From Lama guanicoe (taxonomy: Eukaryota): DNA of 64,000 bases. The position numbers and the translations under genes are program-made. Position 1 is the stretch's first letter. Each line of letters opens with the position of its first letter. Positions 50,199 through 62,320 of this stretch are shown piece by piece. The stretch spans positions 18,282,711-18,346,710 of the forward strand of contig MU054187.1 in NCBI GenBank assembly GCA_013239625.1. The letters run 5' to 3'. The notes beneath the pieces are model-generated. The model worked only from the letters and a program-made list of their open reading frames with translations, was not told the origin of the DNA and made no database searches.

Positions 50199-52849
50199 GT
50201 AATCATAACCGAGTGCTGAGCAGGTGCATGCATTCATGTGCAACACAGCCAGATGGATTCTCAAATGCCCGGGCACCAGAGGCATAACCTGCTGCAGGTG
50301 CAGAGGACAGCCGAGCCCATGGGCAGGGTCTCCCGGGGGTCTGCGTTGCCTTGGTGGGCAACATGGTTGAGAATGGGAGTGCCGCTCAAAGCTGGAATTC
50401 TGTCACATTTTCCAGAGGGAGGCTGAGTCCTGCTTTTCAAATGTATAAAAGGCTTCAGTATAAATCTTAAGAATCCCATCTACTGGAAAACTTAAAATTG
50501 GAAATACTAAATATTTCATCCTAATAGTAATGAATTACAATAATCTATGGTAAAATAATAGATTGAATACTTGGTCTAATGTTTAATTCATATGTGTTAT
50601 TACCTACATAAATATTTTGGTCAAAATATATTTGGACATGTTTCCATACATTTGGAAAAATATATTTGTCAGAAAAAGACAGAATATTTATGAACAGTGG
50701 GAAGCCCATTTGTTCCATGTAGGAAAATCTATGTGGAAAACTAGCAGGAGGTGTTCATTTCCTCAAGATGTGATATCCTGGTGCCTTTCTTCTCACCAAC
50801 CTGAACATACACCCGCTCCCATCAGTCAGGATGAGCAGTGCTGGAGACCCTCTGGAAATTGTCCTGTCAGAACCACTGTATCTTTAATTCGGGATGATTG
50901 TGACTCAACCTTCACCACTCACCCAAGGCTCTAAAAAAAAGTCAAGTGGTGTTTCTAGGAATGGGACATGCTGATCTTAAGCCAGGGTTCTCAATTACAC
51001 CTTTAATATCCAGTGCAAGATTTACATCAATCCAGGGCAATTCAGGAGAATTACTGTATTTGAAATCATCCATAGGCACGGCATATCCTTCTTGATTTCA
51101 GTTGTAAAATAGTTCATAAAATTTGCATATTTAGCTAGTATTTACAGAAGTGTTGGACTTTAATGGGCAATTAAGTTTTGTGTGTGTGTTTACCGTCACC
51201 CATCCCCCCAGCCCTGGGCAGCTCCTTTTTTCTCTCTTTCCACTCTTACCTGGGATCGACCTCCTCCCCCGAGACACACAGACACACACACAGACAAGCA
51301 CGCGTGCACGCATACAGTTGGTCCTGGAGATAATCAACCTGTGGAATGCTTAATATTCCTGACATCAGGCTGCAGAATCTCTGGGGTGGGGATGGGGGTG
51401 GGAGGGGATCCAGGCATCCATATATTTTTTAAACTCTCTAGATTATTCCAGTATTCCAGTATCTAGCCAGATTTGTGGCCTGTTCTGATATAAATCTCAG
51501 ATGACAGCATCTCATCCTGTGCTGAATAATGCAGCCCACGTAATTTTTCGGGCCACATACACAACACAACAGAAGCTCTCCTGGAATCTGCCACATCAAG
51601 ATGATTACTACTGCAATGACACCTGTTCGTTAATCATGAGGCTAACCGTTTTGACACCCTCATTGGCCCTGTCAGTTAGCCAAGAGATGTGACACAATTC
51701 CATGTGAGCTTTGGCAGCAACCTGCCTACTCTCCCGCCCTCAGTCCCTCTCCTCCTCAAATGAAAGAACTGAGCATTTGAGCAGAGCATGGGGAAATGTC
51801 CTTAGATGGTGATGGGTCACAATTTGGACTGAGAGGAAGGTGTCCTTCGATGGAGGCTATGATGGTATTCTCGGCATCATTCACTGCTGAATTCCCACAG
51901 ACCTCTGGGAATCCCAGCCACGTTAGCACAAAACCTTTAGCTGAAACTGTAAGCCTAAAGCAAAAGCAATCCCGGTTGCCCTTTAGAATCTACTGAAGAG
52001 CTTCTTTAAAATGATGTCATTGTCTGGGCAGAACCCAGAGATGGCCATTATTTGTAAAGCTTAGCCAGAGTTGAGAACCACTGAGCCAAAGGCTTCTTAA
52101 ATAGGTTGTGTTATGCTGTCATAATTATATTTAAGTATTTTTTTCTTGGTTCCATAAAAGTCTTCTTTCTTCCTTCAAAGAGTAATGTTACACTCTTTTT
52201 CAAATTTCCATTTCCGTCTCCATATCACTTCATCTCAGCACTCCACTTATTATATAGAAAAGAATCAAATGAGGGGGGAGTGGGCAGAAGGATGCCTGTG
52301 CCACAGAGACCTACATTAGGCTGATCTGTTTCTGTCACTCAAATTGAGCGCTGTACATAGTCATACCCAGGACTTAAAAAGGAGCTTCAGATGGTGTTCA
52401 GGGATGAGAGAAGTCAAAAAAACAGACTTCCTTGACAACTCCTTTACCTTATCCAACCACAAAGTCCAGAAATTAGACCCTGTTTCAATGTAATTGATAT
52501 ATTCACCTCTAACAATAGAGGAAAGATCAAGTGAAAACATTATAGTTATTATTTTAGTTAAAGTCGTATCACGTAATATGATGCAGCTTAAAATGATTTT
52601 TTAATGTTTTTTCTTAAGAGAGCCAGACTGATTCTTGCTCTACGAGATGATTTGGATGATAAATAACTCTACAGATATAGATTTTCAACCATTATCAATT
52701 TCCATCCATTGCAACCTTTCATTCTTCTCATCCGACTTTGTTTTTCTGTCCTTCTGATTCACAAATGCCATTTGTATAACTATTTCCTATGGGATATGTC
52801 TGAAAAATGAATCATGAGAGGAAAAAGATGATTATAACTAGCCTTTACT

Positions 52850-53050
52850 GATGTCTCACTGTAGGCCAGGCACATTTAACCCAAACAACAATGCTGAAAG
52901 GAAATATTGTTATCATCCTCATTTCACATCTAAGGAACCTGGTCCTTAGGGAGGTTAAGCCATTTGGCCAGGATCACAAAGCTAAGTAGTAGATCATGGA
53001 GTCTCGGTTTGAACCTATGTTCGAACCCATGTCTCTTTGACTCCACGCTT
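52850..53050 (-). mobile_element. MIR SINE
   Basis: TATCATCCTCATTTCACA..AAGGAA...GAGGTTAAG...CAGGATCACAAAGCTAAGT...TTTGAACC. Confidence 0.7.
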
Positions 53051-54539
53051 TCATGCTAAGCTCAAGCTCTAACTTTGTCATTCACAACACACTGCAGAGT
53101 AAGCAGGCTTGGCAGCAGCACGGAAGTTTATACTCCTCCGTGAGCAGTGTCATCTTCATGTATGAAAATGCACTTTCCTGCACGCCCAGCCACTCTTGAC
53201 CCCTCTTTGGTATTGGAATTGCATAGTTATTAGTGAAAAGAAGGATTCTGATGATGTCGATTTGCATTTAAATAGACTTACATACCAGAATTTCATGCAT
53301 TGATACCCTAATTTATCTAGTTCAAGCTGCTTTTTTACATTTGCTATCTAGTGAAGTGAAGGGAATATTAAAAGGTAAGGGGAAGAAAGGGAAAAATAGA
53401 AAAAAAGAAAAGATATCAGATGTCTTGGCTTCCAGTACAGAAGTATCTCTAATCGCATTTTCTCAGAGAATCAGAATGTTTTCTAAAACCACCTCTCATA
53501 CATTTTTGCATATCAAAGGAACAGTTGCATATAATGCTAAAACACTATTTATTACACAATATTGATGGGAGGCCCGGGGTAAACTGCAGGGAGCATCCTA
53601 AATTTAGATCTGCTTCAGTCTGTCCAGCCCAGTGTGTCTGGCAGTGGCTGGCAAAGATTAGAAGCTCAAAAACGAAATGAATATTATCAATGATAGACTT
53701 GACTCCAAATCACAGCTGCTTCAGTGACTAGTAAATGCCAACAGTTTACTAGTAAGAAAAACAGACTCTTCTAAAAATTACATGTCTCCTGCATATCTGC
53801 CTTTGATTCTCCCACATTTTTATATAAAGTTACATTGCAATTTCATGAATATATATTTGACGATTTGAATGTAAAATTTTCGAATAATAGATTTACTAAA
53901 ATACTTGAAAATCAACACTATTTTTCCTTTTTTTCATGTTATCTCAAGCTCAAAGGTTATAATTGTTCTTTCCAACGGCAAAAATCCATTTCTTTACAAC
54001 TAATTTTGAGTTGACGAAAAAGTGTGCTCCAAGATAGCCTACTTATTATAACATTTCCTGTTACATTATAAATTTGAGTTCATATGAATCTTTAGACTTG
54101 AGGCTGGTTTTTCCCTAGCAGAGTGATGGTCTGGGCTTTTTCTCAACTTCCGCTAGATCTCAGCTCTTACTAATGAGTTTCCTTCTGCATGAGAAAAACA
54201 TTTTACGGCATCTTTTTTCTCATAATAGCAAAACAAAAAGAAAGGAAGAGAGCTGTCCTTGCTGGTTCCCCAGGGACATTACCAAACAGGACATGATTTC
54301 TCTATACACGTTTTTCCCTTTCTCTTCATGGCTTTTGTATATAGACAAAAAGCTCATTTAAACCAATTAAATAAAATTGCTTTTAAATTCTTTCTTGGGA
54401 GTCAAACTCCTGCTTACTCTAATTCTGTATGGTTGAAGGAATGCCTTGGATGTGCCTTTTTCTCCCAGAACCTGCATTTGAAAAGACACATTTTTCCACA
54501 CAACTAATAAATTTTCTCCTCACGCTCGCATTGGGGTTG

Positions 54540-54795
54540 CACAGCAGTGGTTAAGAGGGGGCGCTGTAAAGCCAGGTTCCCAGGGTTGATTTCAGCTCTG
54601 CTGCTTGTTAGTCATGTGCTCTTGGGCAAGCAACTTAGCCTTTCTGTGCCTCAGTTTCTGCATCTGTAAAATGGGAACCATCATAGAGCCTCCAAACCAC
54701 AGGACTGTTGTGAGGATCGAGGGAATTAACACAGGTAAAGTCTGTGCTTGTGTAGAACTGGTATATATTAAGTGCCTAATAAATGCTTAGTATTA
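54540..54795 (+). mobile_element. MIR SINE
   Basis: Core CTTGGGCAAG..ACTTAGCCTTTCTGTGCCTCAGTTTCTGCATCTGTAAAATGGG. Confidence 0.85.
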
Positions 54796-54860
54796 TAAAG
54801 AACCTATAAGCAGAGACTCCTTGAGATGAATAGCGTTTAATGATAAGATTTCCTTTATAG

Positions 54861-54950
54861 CTGGTCAAGGTCATTGCCCCTGAACTAAAGGAATCTATAT
54901 AGAGAGTCACAAGAAATTTCTGGAGCTACAGAGGGGGGAAATAGCAATAA
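54861..54950 (+). other. STMN2: Degenerate counterpart of the human STMN2 alternative penultimate exon
   Basis: Acceptor tttcctttatag; in frame with exon 4 reads LVKVIAPELKESI* (TAG 54900-54902); downstream TTTCTGGAGCTACAGAGG encodes FLELQR; the recalled human isoform tail is LVKFISSELKESIESQFLELQREGEKQ. Confidence 0.8.
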
Positions 54951-56096
54951 AAAACTATTCTAAAGAGAAAAATAAATAATACTAAGAATAACTGGCATTT
55001 TTCAATTTCAGTTTAACAAATTCTGATTTTGCACCTAGGATAGGCAAGACTGTATGCTTGTAATCATTCGATGCAAAACCATGAACTCAAAATACCATTC
55101 CACCTTTCCTCCAGCAGCTCCCCTCCTGAGAAAGTTTAGCTCCCGAACCAAGTGTAGTGTCTCAGTTCCTTGTGTAAATAAGCATCTGATCATGTACTGT
55201 GTGCAAAACACCCTGCTGGGCTCTGCACCTGGAACAGAAGTGAGAAAATACAGTCCTGGCCTTCAGTGAGCTTGTATGTAAGCACCTGCCTAGCAGAGCA
55301 GATGAGACAAGAACAGAAACACCCAGAGTATAAGCTAGAATTTTATTTTTTGACCTTTTACGGCTGCCACATAAAAGGGAAGATTTATACAGGTTTTCAA
55401 TTGGAAAGTGAGATCACTTTTAGTTTTCAGTTTCAAAAAAAAAATCTTTATGGAGAAAGACAACTGCTAGAGGGATTAAAGAGTAAATTTACTCTCCTGA
55501 TAGGTGGAGATGGAAGACTAGGGATCTTAAGCGTTGAAAACTGCATTCTGTTGAACTGAAACATCACGTAGCTGGAGAAGGGTGTAGAGTAAGCCTAGAG
55601 AGATCATTCGGACTCACGTTTTGAAAGGCGTCGACTAATGGATTAAGAACTTAGGAAGTATATAAAAAGTCCTCTTCTGCATCTAGTCCCCCCACCCCAG
55701 AGTGTCCACTGGCAATTATCAAACCCTTAAAATGTGAGAGAAATAGAAAAACACCATTAAAAATGATAGAGAAAACAATACAATATTTTATTGCTATTCT
55801 CTGGATTTATACAGTAGACCTAAGAGCCAAAAACTAATTATAGGACCTTTAGGTCATCGTTTTAATCAAATGCAGTGATAACATTTTTTTAGACACTGTT
55901 CATCTCCTATTATCTTCTGTAATATGACCCTAAATGTTTTCCTTTCTTTTGAAATGAGACTACCTCTTAAAGGTAGACACCAAACTGGGTTACCTCCAGC
56001 TGAGCACATAGGATGCAAAGGAGTGGATGAGCCCTCATGGCTTTCCGTGGACCAGACGAGGCTGGTGATGTTTCTTCTCACTTTCGTGTTTTTCAG

Positions 56097-56156
56097 GAGA
56101 GGCATGCTGCGGAGGTGCGCAGGAACAAGGAACTCCAGGTTGAACTGTCCGGCTGA
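56097..56156 (+). CDS. STMN2: Stathmin-2 terminal coding exon (ERHAAEVRRNKELQVELSG*)
   Basis: Acceptor ctttcgtgtttttcag; TGA at 56154-56156; summed CDS is 540 nt = 179 aa + stop. Confidence 0.98.
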   Translation, partial: ERHAAEVRRNKELQVELSG

Positions 56157-56293
56157 AGCCACGGAGGGTATGGCCCGCCCCACCATTAGTAAATCCCCCT
56201 GCCTATATTATAATGGATCATGCGGTATCAGTATGGGAAATGTATGACATGGTTTAAAAAGAACTCATTATAAAAAAAAAAAACAGAATCAAA

Positions 56294-56299
56294 AATAAA
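56294..56299 (+). terminator. Candidate proximal polyadenylation signal AATAAA
   Basis: AATAAA within an A-rich tract about 140 nt after the stop, followed by T/GT-rich sequence. Confidence 0.45.
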
Positions 56300-57418
56300 A
56301 AAAAAATCAATGCGGTCTCTTGGCAGAATGTTTTGCTTGATGTTTAAAAAAATACCTTGGATCTTATTTTGTAAATACTTACATTTTTGTTAAAAAATAC
56401 GAGTATTGCATTATGCAAGTTATTTCATAATCTTACATGTCCTGTAACAGGCTTTTGATGTTGTGTCTTTCCACTCAAATGAATTTGCTAGGTCTGTTCT
56501 TTTTGAAGCCCTCATGTCTAACTCCATTCCCTGCCCTTTTCATTCCAACGGAAAAATGAGGTCAGTAGACAGTCTTTGGTGCTAGAAACCCACCATTGCC
56601 TAATGACCTAGACAGCTTTGTAATCTCTGAACTTGACCGAGACCACACCTAGATCACAGGTATTACAACTCCACACAATCCGCCACATTTGTTTGCTCAT
56701 AATCTACTAACTGCCTAGAAACTACAAAACCAGGCTGAGAAAAATCACTACTCCTAGCATTTACTTCCGCTTCTACTGGGTTATGTGCTACAAATGTGCT
56801 TTGGCTGTAGAAAGGGATGGACGAAAAGACAGGTCTGAGATCAATCTGGGTAGAAGCAAAAAGCTGAACCTTTTCAAGTGCGGAACACAGATCCAAACCC
56901 CAGTGGTTCAAGCAGCCGCGAAATCGCTCTTCATGAAGTGGGCTTAATTCTCTAGTTTCAGTTCTTTTGATGGAATGAATTACTGTGTCAGGTGGCTTAT
57001 TTGTGGATGCCATGATTGCTGATGTTCATTTTTAAGCTCTTACCTATAGTACAAGTACATAATGCTACTGAATATTTTTCCACTTGGAAACTGTGAGCTG
57101 GTTGTTACATTAAAACACACGCACAAAGTCAAAAACACTGCGGACTTTCACGTAAGCTGGTCTTTCTTCCCCAGTGTGAGGCGATCTTGCCTATTATTTA
57201 AAAAAAAAATCACTCCATCTGTTGAGGGCTGATGCCACTAAAGGGGCTAGGCAGGGCATTTGTGCCAACTACGAGAATCACCAGACACCCACCATCAGTA
57301 CCTATCGCAGTTTTGAAGTCGTTTCTCCCCCAACTCCCAACTCCTGAAGGTTGCTGCCTGCATATTTACTCTTCATTAGTGCTATTTTCCTGTATGTCAT
57401 TGTGAGCAAGCTGTGATT

Positions 57419-57450
57419 AATAAAGAATTGGAGTTCTGTGAACTAATACA
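57419..57450 (+). terminator. Distal polyadenylation signals (AATAAA 57419-57424; variant AATACA 57445-57450)
   Basis: Hexamers read directly; TGTA upstream at 57391 and GT/T-rich sequence downstream. Confidence 0.8.
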
Positions 57451-58627
57451 GGTTTGGTCTGTTCTCTCGCCCTTCCATGTGTCTGACGCTACAGTTCAGG
57501 TTTTAAAAGGGTGGCCATGGGATAAGACAGTCTCCTAAGCAAAGAGACAATAATTCGAGTTTGAAGGAAACCAGGGTTTCCTGCTGATTCACTTCCCTTC
57601 TGGATCAGCGGGAACCATGGCTTTTCTCGCTCCCTCTGACAGGCCCACACAGCGGGAGAGGTTTTCAATCTGTTCCTCTTAAAAACATTCAAGGTGGAAG
57701 GAGATACCACCGATTGGGACCAGCCATTCTGCAGAAGAGAGCCCCCCTTCCAAGCGCTTGGAAGGTTCCTGGCATCACCTCATAGCTCCCATGTGGCCAG
57801 AGGACATGTTCCCCAGCCTGTTAAAATGTGATTTCCCTGCCATACTGCTGAATTTTGCACTGCCAATGAAGCTACTGCACACATGGGCACAGCAGGGTCC
57901 TGTCAATGACCCAGATGGACCCTGCAGGACCGAAGGAACCACAGCCAGTTTTAGCAGAAAATCATAAATAATTGAAACCACACAGATTCATGAATAAGTA
58001 AACTGGGCCATCGTCCATGGGAGTGCTAACAAGCCAAGTGTGGGGTGGAGGCCACCTGGCCCCGATCTTCAACATCCTTTATTTGTGGGACCCTGGCATT
58101 GCACCCATTGCCACGCATCCTTAAAAACACGAGTTCTGTGATCTTCCTTTGGGAAGCCAGTCAGAGCTTCCGATTAGCTGCATTTCACTCTGATTTTTAT
58201 ATAACTGAGCTCAGAAAACATTACTTGCTGGGCTTCTACTGAGCCAGATCCTGTGATTAAGCCCTGGAAATATGAAGATGAATCACCACCAGCAGCTCAC
58301 AGGCTCGTAGCTTCTTTCAGCCCAGAACTGGTCAGTCCTTGCAGCATCTGGAGGAGAAACACCAAATTTCTCTGAAGCTTTCTGAAATATCAGAAATAAG
58401 TCAGCACACTTCTCATACTCTTTTGTGGGTCCCTAAACTGGAACTGCTGATCAGTCCAACTGCCTCATCTCAAAGGTGATGAAACTACGGCCCAGAGAGG
58501 GGTAAGCGGTTTTGCTCCAGGTCACAACACCCACTTGTCATCATTACTCTCCTTACCAGTGATCAGTAGATCAGCCCCAAATCTCACCACACCGGTGAGA
58601 ATGGGTTATGTCTGTGGACATCCCTAG

Positions 58628-58830
58628 ACCAGTGGTCCTCACGTTATGGCATGCTTCGGGGTCATCTGGGGGGCTTGTTAAAAACAGGACGCTGAGCCCC
58701 AGCCTCAGAGTTTCTGATTCCTGAGGTCTGTGTAGAAGCTTGGGGATGTGCCTCCTACCACGCTCCCAGGTAACACTGATGCTGCACTGATGCTGTCTGT
58801 CTGCAAGCTCACTCGAGCAGCCCCACTGCA
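58628..58830. mobile_element. MER5-like hAT DNA transposon
   Basis: CAGTGGTCCTCA...GGGCTTGTTAAAA...CAGAGTTTCTGATTC...CTCCCAGGT..CTGATGCTGC. Confidence 0.75.
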
Positions 58831-59094
58831 GTGAAATGGACCCAGGTGTGGAGCTTCTTGGTGGCGGCCACACCGAGGGTAACTGTGTCAGTCAGGGTAC
58901 CTTTCCATTGAGGGTGGAGTGTGAAATGAAACGCATTCAATCTTACTCAAAAAAAGTGGGACACAAAAGAATTCAAGAAGAAAAAGATGAACAACTCCAC
59001 TTGCAGGATAATGAAACAATAGAAAAAAAAGCACCTTGGGGCTGGGTTAGGGCTAAGAGACTGGTGAGTTCAGGGAACCAATGATCCTGCATCT

Positions 59095-59435
59095 CTAACA
59101 CAACATGAGAGGCTCACGGGAGGAAGCAGGATATATTTCCCCACCCCGCCGATGCTGGGTTTGACCCTTGGCCAATAGAATAATAATGGATTTGCCATGA
59201 GTAAAGGCTTTAACTTAGCGAAGACGTCCATTTCTATGATCTGTCCTGGGAATCTGTCCTGGAGGAGCTGCTGTTAGGAGGAGGATGTGGACATGAGCAG
59301 ACCTGAACCCAGTCATAAGCCTGGAGCCAAGCCCAGCGGACCCACAGTCTGAAACAGAAAAAGTACACGAGAAAAGTGAGTATTTATGGTCATGAGCCAC
59401 CAAGATTTAACATGGTTTGTTAACACAGCATTGTA
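59095..59435. mobile_element. MaLR (MLT1-like) LTR remnant
   Basis: TTGGCCAATAGAAT...AGCAGACCTGAACCC..AGCCTGGAGCCAAGCCCAGC...AGCCAC..AGATTT..GGTTTGTTA..CAGCATT. Confidence 0.65.
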
Positions 59436-59674
59436 AGGTGATTAATATAATGTCTGAGGAGACTATTGATGAGGTTAGATGAGCTAATGTAAAGGATTTT
59501 GCACAGCACCTGGAGCGTAGTAAATATGCAATAATTATTCATTATTAACATATGTCACACCATATTATGTTTTGTTTGCTTAGCCATTTCTCTCATTTAA
59601 CCATAAGCTTCTCCAAGACACAGAGTCTTTGTCTAATGTATTGCAGGATCCCAAGTATTTAGCACGGATTCAGT

Positions 59675-59707
59675 ACACACACACACACACACACACACAT
59701 ACACACA
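59675..59707 (+). repeat. (AC)n microsatellite with one interruption
   Basis: Read directly. Confidence 0.93.
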
Positions 59708-60444
59708 AATGAACAAAATGAACAGGTGAATTCAAATGAGAAAAATTCTTAGTACAGTGCTTGGCATATGTAGGCACTTAATTAATATTAGTTCCCATCT
59801 TCTTTCCTTCCTCTGTAGTCTGATAATATCTTCTTGGTTTTAAATTATTTGAGCTTGAAATTAAGCTTGATGTCTACGAAGGGCCATTGGAGATGATCAG
59901 ACAAACTTCTGCAAAAAACGGAAAACTTTCTAACATCTAACCATAGAGAAAAACAGAATAAAATTACTTGGAGGCAGCCCCTTGATGAGGAATTTCATGG
60001 CAACACTTTCAGCAACGCACCATCAAGCCAATACTGGTCCCAACAGATCACATCACCTGGGCTGCTGATTGTGCTCATGAGTCTTACCCCTTAAGTTGGC
60101 AGCTAGTCCAGGTCACTGAAGCCTGAGGTTCCCATTTGTTCCTGAGGAAATGGAGTCTAACTGGACTAGACTCTCTTCTGAAATGGGAAAGGACAGCACC
60201 CGCACGGTTCTTAGGGTTTGATAACAAATAAATCCCTGGCATTTATATGCTGAATACTGTACCCGCATTGTCTCCTTTCAACCTTAAATTTCCCGTGTAA
60301 ACAATGTCTTTCCCAATGGAAATTCCCAATGGAAACAATGGCTTCCCCTCTCTCCTCTGAGGATTCTGCTTCCCCTGTTAGCTTCTCATTGAATGTATTG
60401 TTTGTCACTTTTAGGTCATTCTAACTGCTCCCTAAAACACCCAC

Positions 60445-61208
60445 TTTTTTTATTGGGGTATAGTTGATTTACAATGTTTCAAGTGTACAGCAAAGTGATT
60501 CAGTTACACATACATATATTCTTTTTCAGAATATTTTCTATTATAGGTTACTGTATGATATTGAATATAGTTCCTTGTGCTTTACAGTAGGGCCTTGTTG
60601 TTTATCTATTTTATATCTAGTAGTGTTTATCTCTTAATCCCAAATTCCTAATTTATCCCTCCACCCCTCTCCCCTTCAGTAACCTCTGGTTTGCTTTCTA
60701 TGTCTGTGAGTCTACTTCTGTTTTGTAAGTAAGTTCATTTGCCTTTTAGATTCATTTTTTTCAGATTCCACATATAAAGGATATTGTATGATACTTGTCT
60801 TTCTCCGTCTGACTTACTTCACTTAGTCTGATAACCTCTAGGTCCATCCATGTTGCTGCAAAGGGCATCATTTCATTCTTTTCTATGGCTGAGTAGTATA
60901 TATATATATACATATGCCACAGATTCTTTATCCAGTCATCTGTCGATGGGCATTTAGGTTGCTTCCATGTCTTGGCCATTGTTAATAGTGCTGCTCTGAA
61001 CATTGGAGTGCATGTTTCTTTTCAAATTAGAGTCTTCTCCAGATCTATGCCCAGGAGTGGGATTGCTGGATTATATGGCAACTCTATTTTTAGCTTTATA
61101 AGGAATCTCCATACTGTTCTCCACAGTGGCTGCACCAGTTTACATTCCCACCAACAGTGTAGGAGGGCCCCCTTGTCTCCACAGCCTCTCCAGCATCTGT
61201 TATTTGTA
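60445..61208 (-). mobile_element. LINE-1 3' end (5'-truncated)
   Basis: Poly(T) at 60445; ORFs 60761..61003(-) and 61022..61213(-) [28 protein letters not shown] are L1 ORF2. Confidence 0.95.
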
Positions 61209-61214
61209 ATCAAA

Positions 61215-62320
61215 TGCCTACTCTTGAACCTTATGTCCCCAGACTACCCAGCCTCTTGTCTTCATTGTTGGGGTTCACCAGCAACCCCCAGGTCACATTC
61301 TCTGATTTGTCTGATGTTTAGTTCTTGGATCACTGTCACTCTCTTCAACTCTGTTTCTGTATTAATAATAATAATACCCACATGGATGAAGCTTCCACAT
61401 TCTGCTCTGAGTTCCTTGACATCCCTTTCTCTGGTGATCTTGCTTCTCTGCTTCTCCTCAATCACTCAGTCTCCTGGTTGTTCCCTAGACCTTATCACTA
61501 TCAGTAATAATAATCTTTCCACTATTTCCATTCCATCATCCCACTCTTTAATCACTGTCTCCGTCTTTCCAGCCGAATCCCTTTGGTACCTTGACTCCTA
61601 GTCTTCAATCACATGGAGACCCCAGTTTGCTGATAGAACTTAACACATTCCTCGCCCACCTCAGTCATCCCTCCCCTCCTCACCAGCTTATTTTCCAGGG
61701 GCAATTATTGCAGTTTCTCCCTTACACATCTCTGCAACTCCCTCCCTTAGTGCGTCATTCTCAGTTGGCCAAACCCATTACCCTAGCAAAATGAACTCTC
61801 CATCTAGTTCATGTCTGTACCCATGCAGATGAATGCAGCTGTAAAAAATCACACAGATGTTCTCACTGGTCTTTCTTTAAATTCATGAACATGAGCTCCA
61901 AGGCAGCCCTTAATTTTTCCCAGAAATCATACTTCAGTTCTCTAGTTTTATTCTTATGCTCACTTAAAACCTCCTCAAACTTCTAACACCTCCCCCTCTA
62001 TCCTCACACTTAGCTTATGAGTGTCCTTCACTGAGCAAATAAAGTAATTAGAAGATAATTTCCAAGACTCCCACCAACCTATCCGTCCACCTCCCACCCT
62101 TATGTTCTGCCTTCCTGTCTGTTACTACAGACGAGCGTTCCAAAGCCAGTCTTCCATTCGTGCACTGGATCCCACCTCCTCTCACCCACTCGGATAGATT
62201 GCTCCAGGAATTCTCTCCCACTTCATCATTTTTTCTTTCCACAGCATCAGCATAAAGACATGCTATTATTTCCCCCACTAAAAACAATTCTATTCCATTT
62301 TTCCCACCAGCTACTGACCA
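61215..62320 (+). mobile_element. Ancient LINE-2 internal fragment
   Basis: C/T-rich block; SLDLITISN resembles the L2 endonuclease LDLVIT motif. Confidence 0.6.

Larger units (their letters stand above)
56157..57465 (+). other. STMN2: STMN2 3'UTR (about 1.3 kb to the distal poly(A) site)
   Basis: No interspersed repeat recognised; AU-rich after the stop; ends in GATTAATAAAGAATTGGAGTTCTGTGAACTAATACAGGTTTGGTCTG, resembling the recalled human mRNA end. Confidence 0.8.

Noticed and set aside
60972..61601. Longest ORF in the track (209 aa)
   Set aside because: Antisense L1 ORF2 sequence running into a decayed L2; not a gene.
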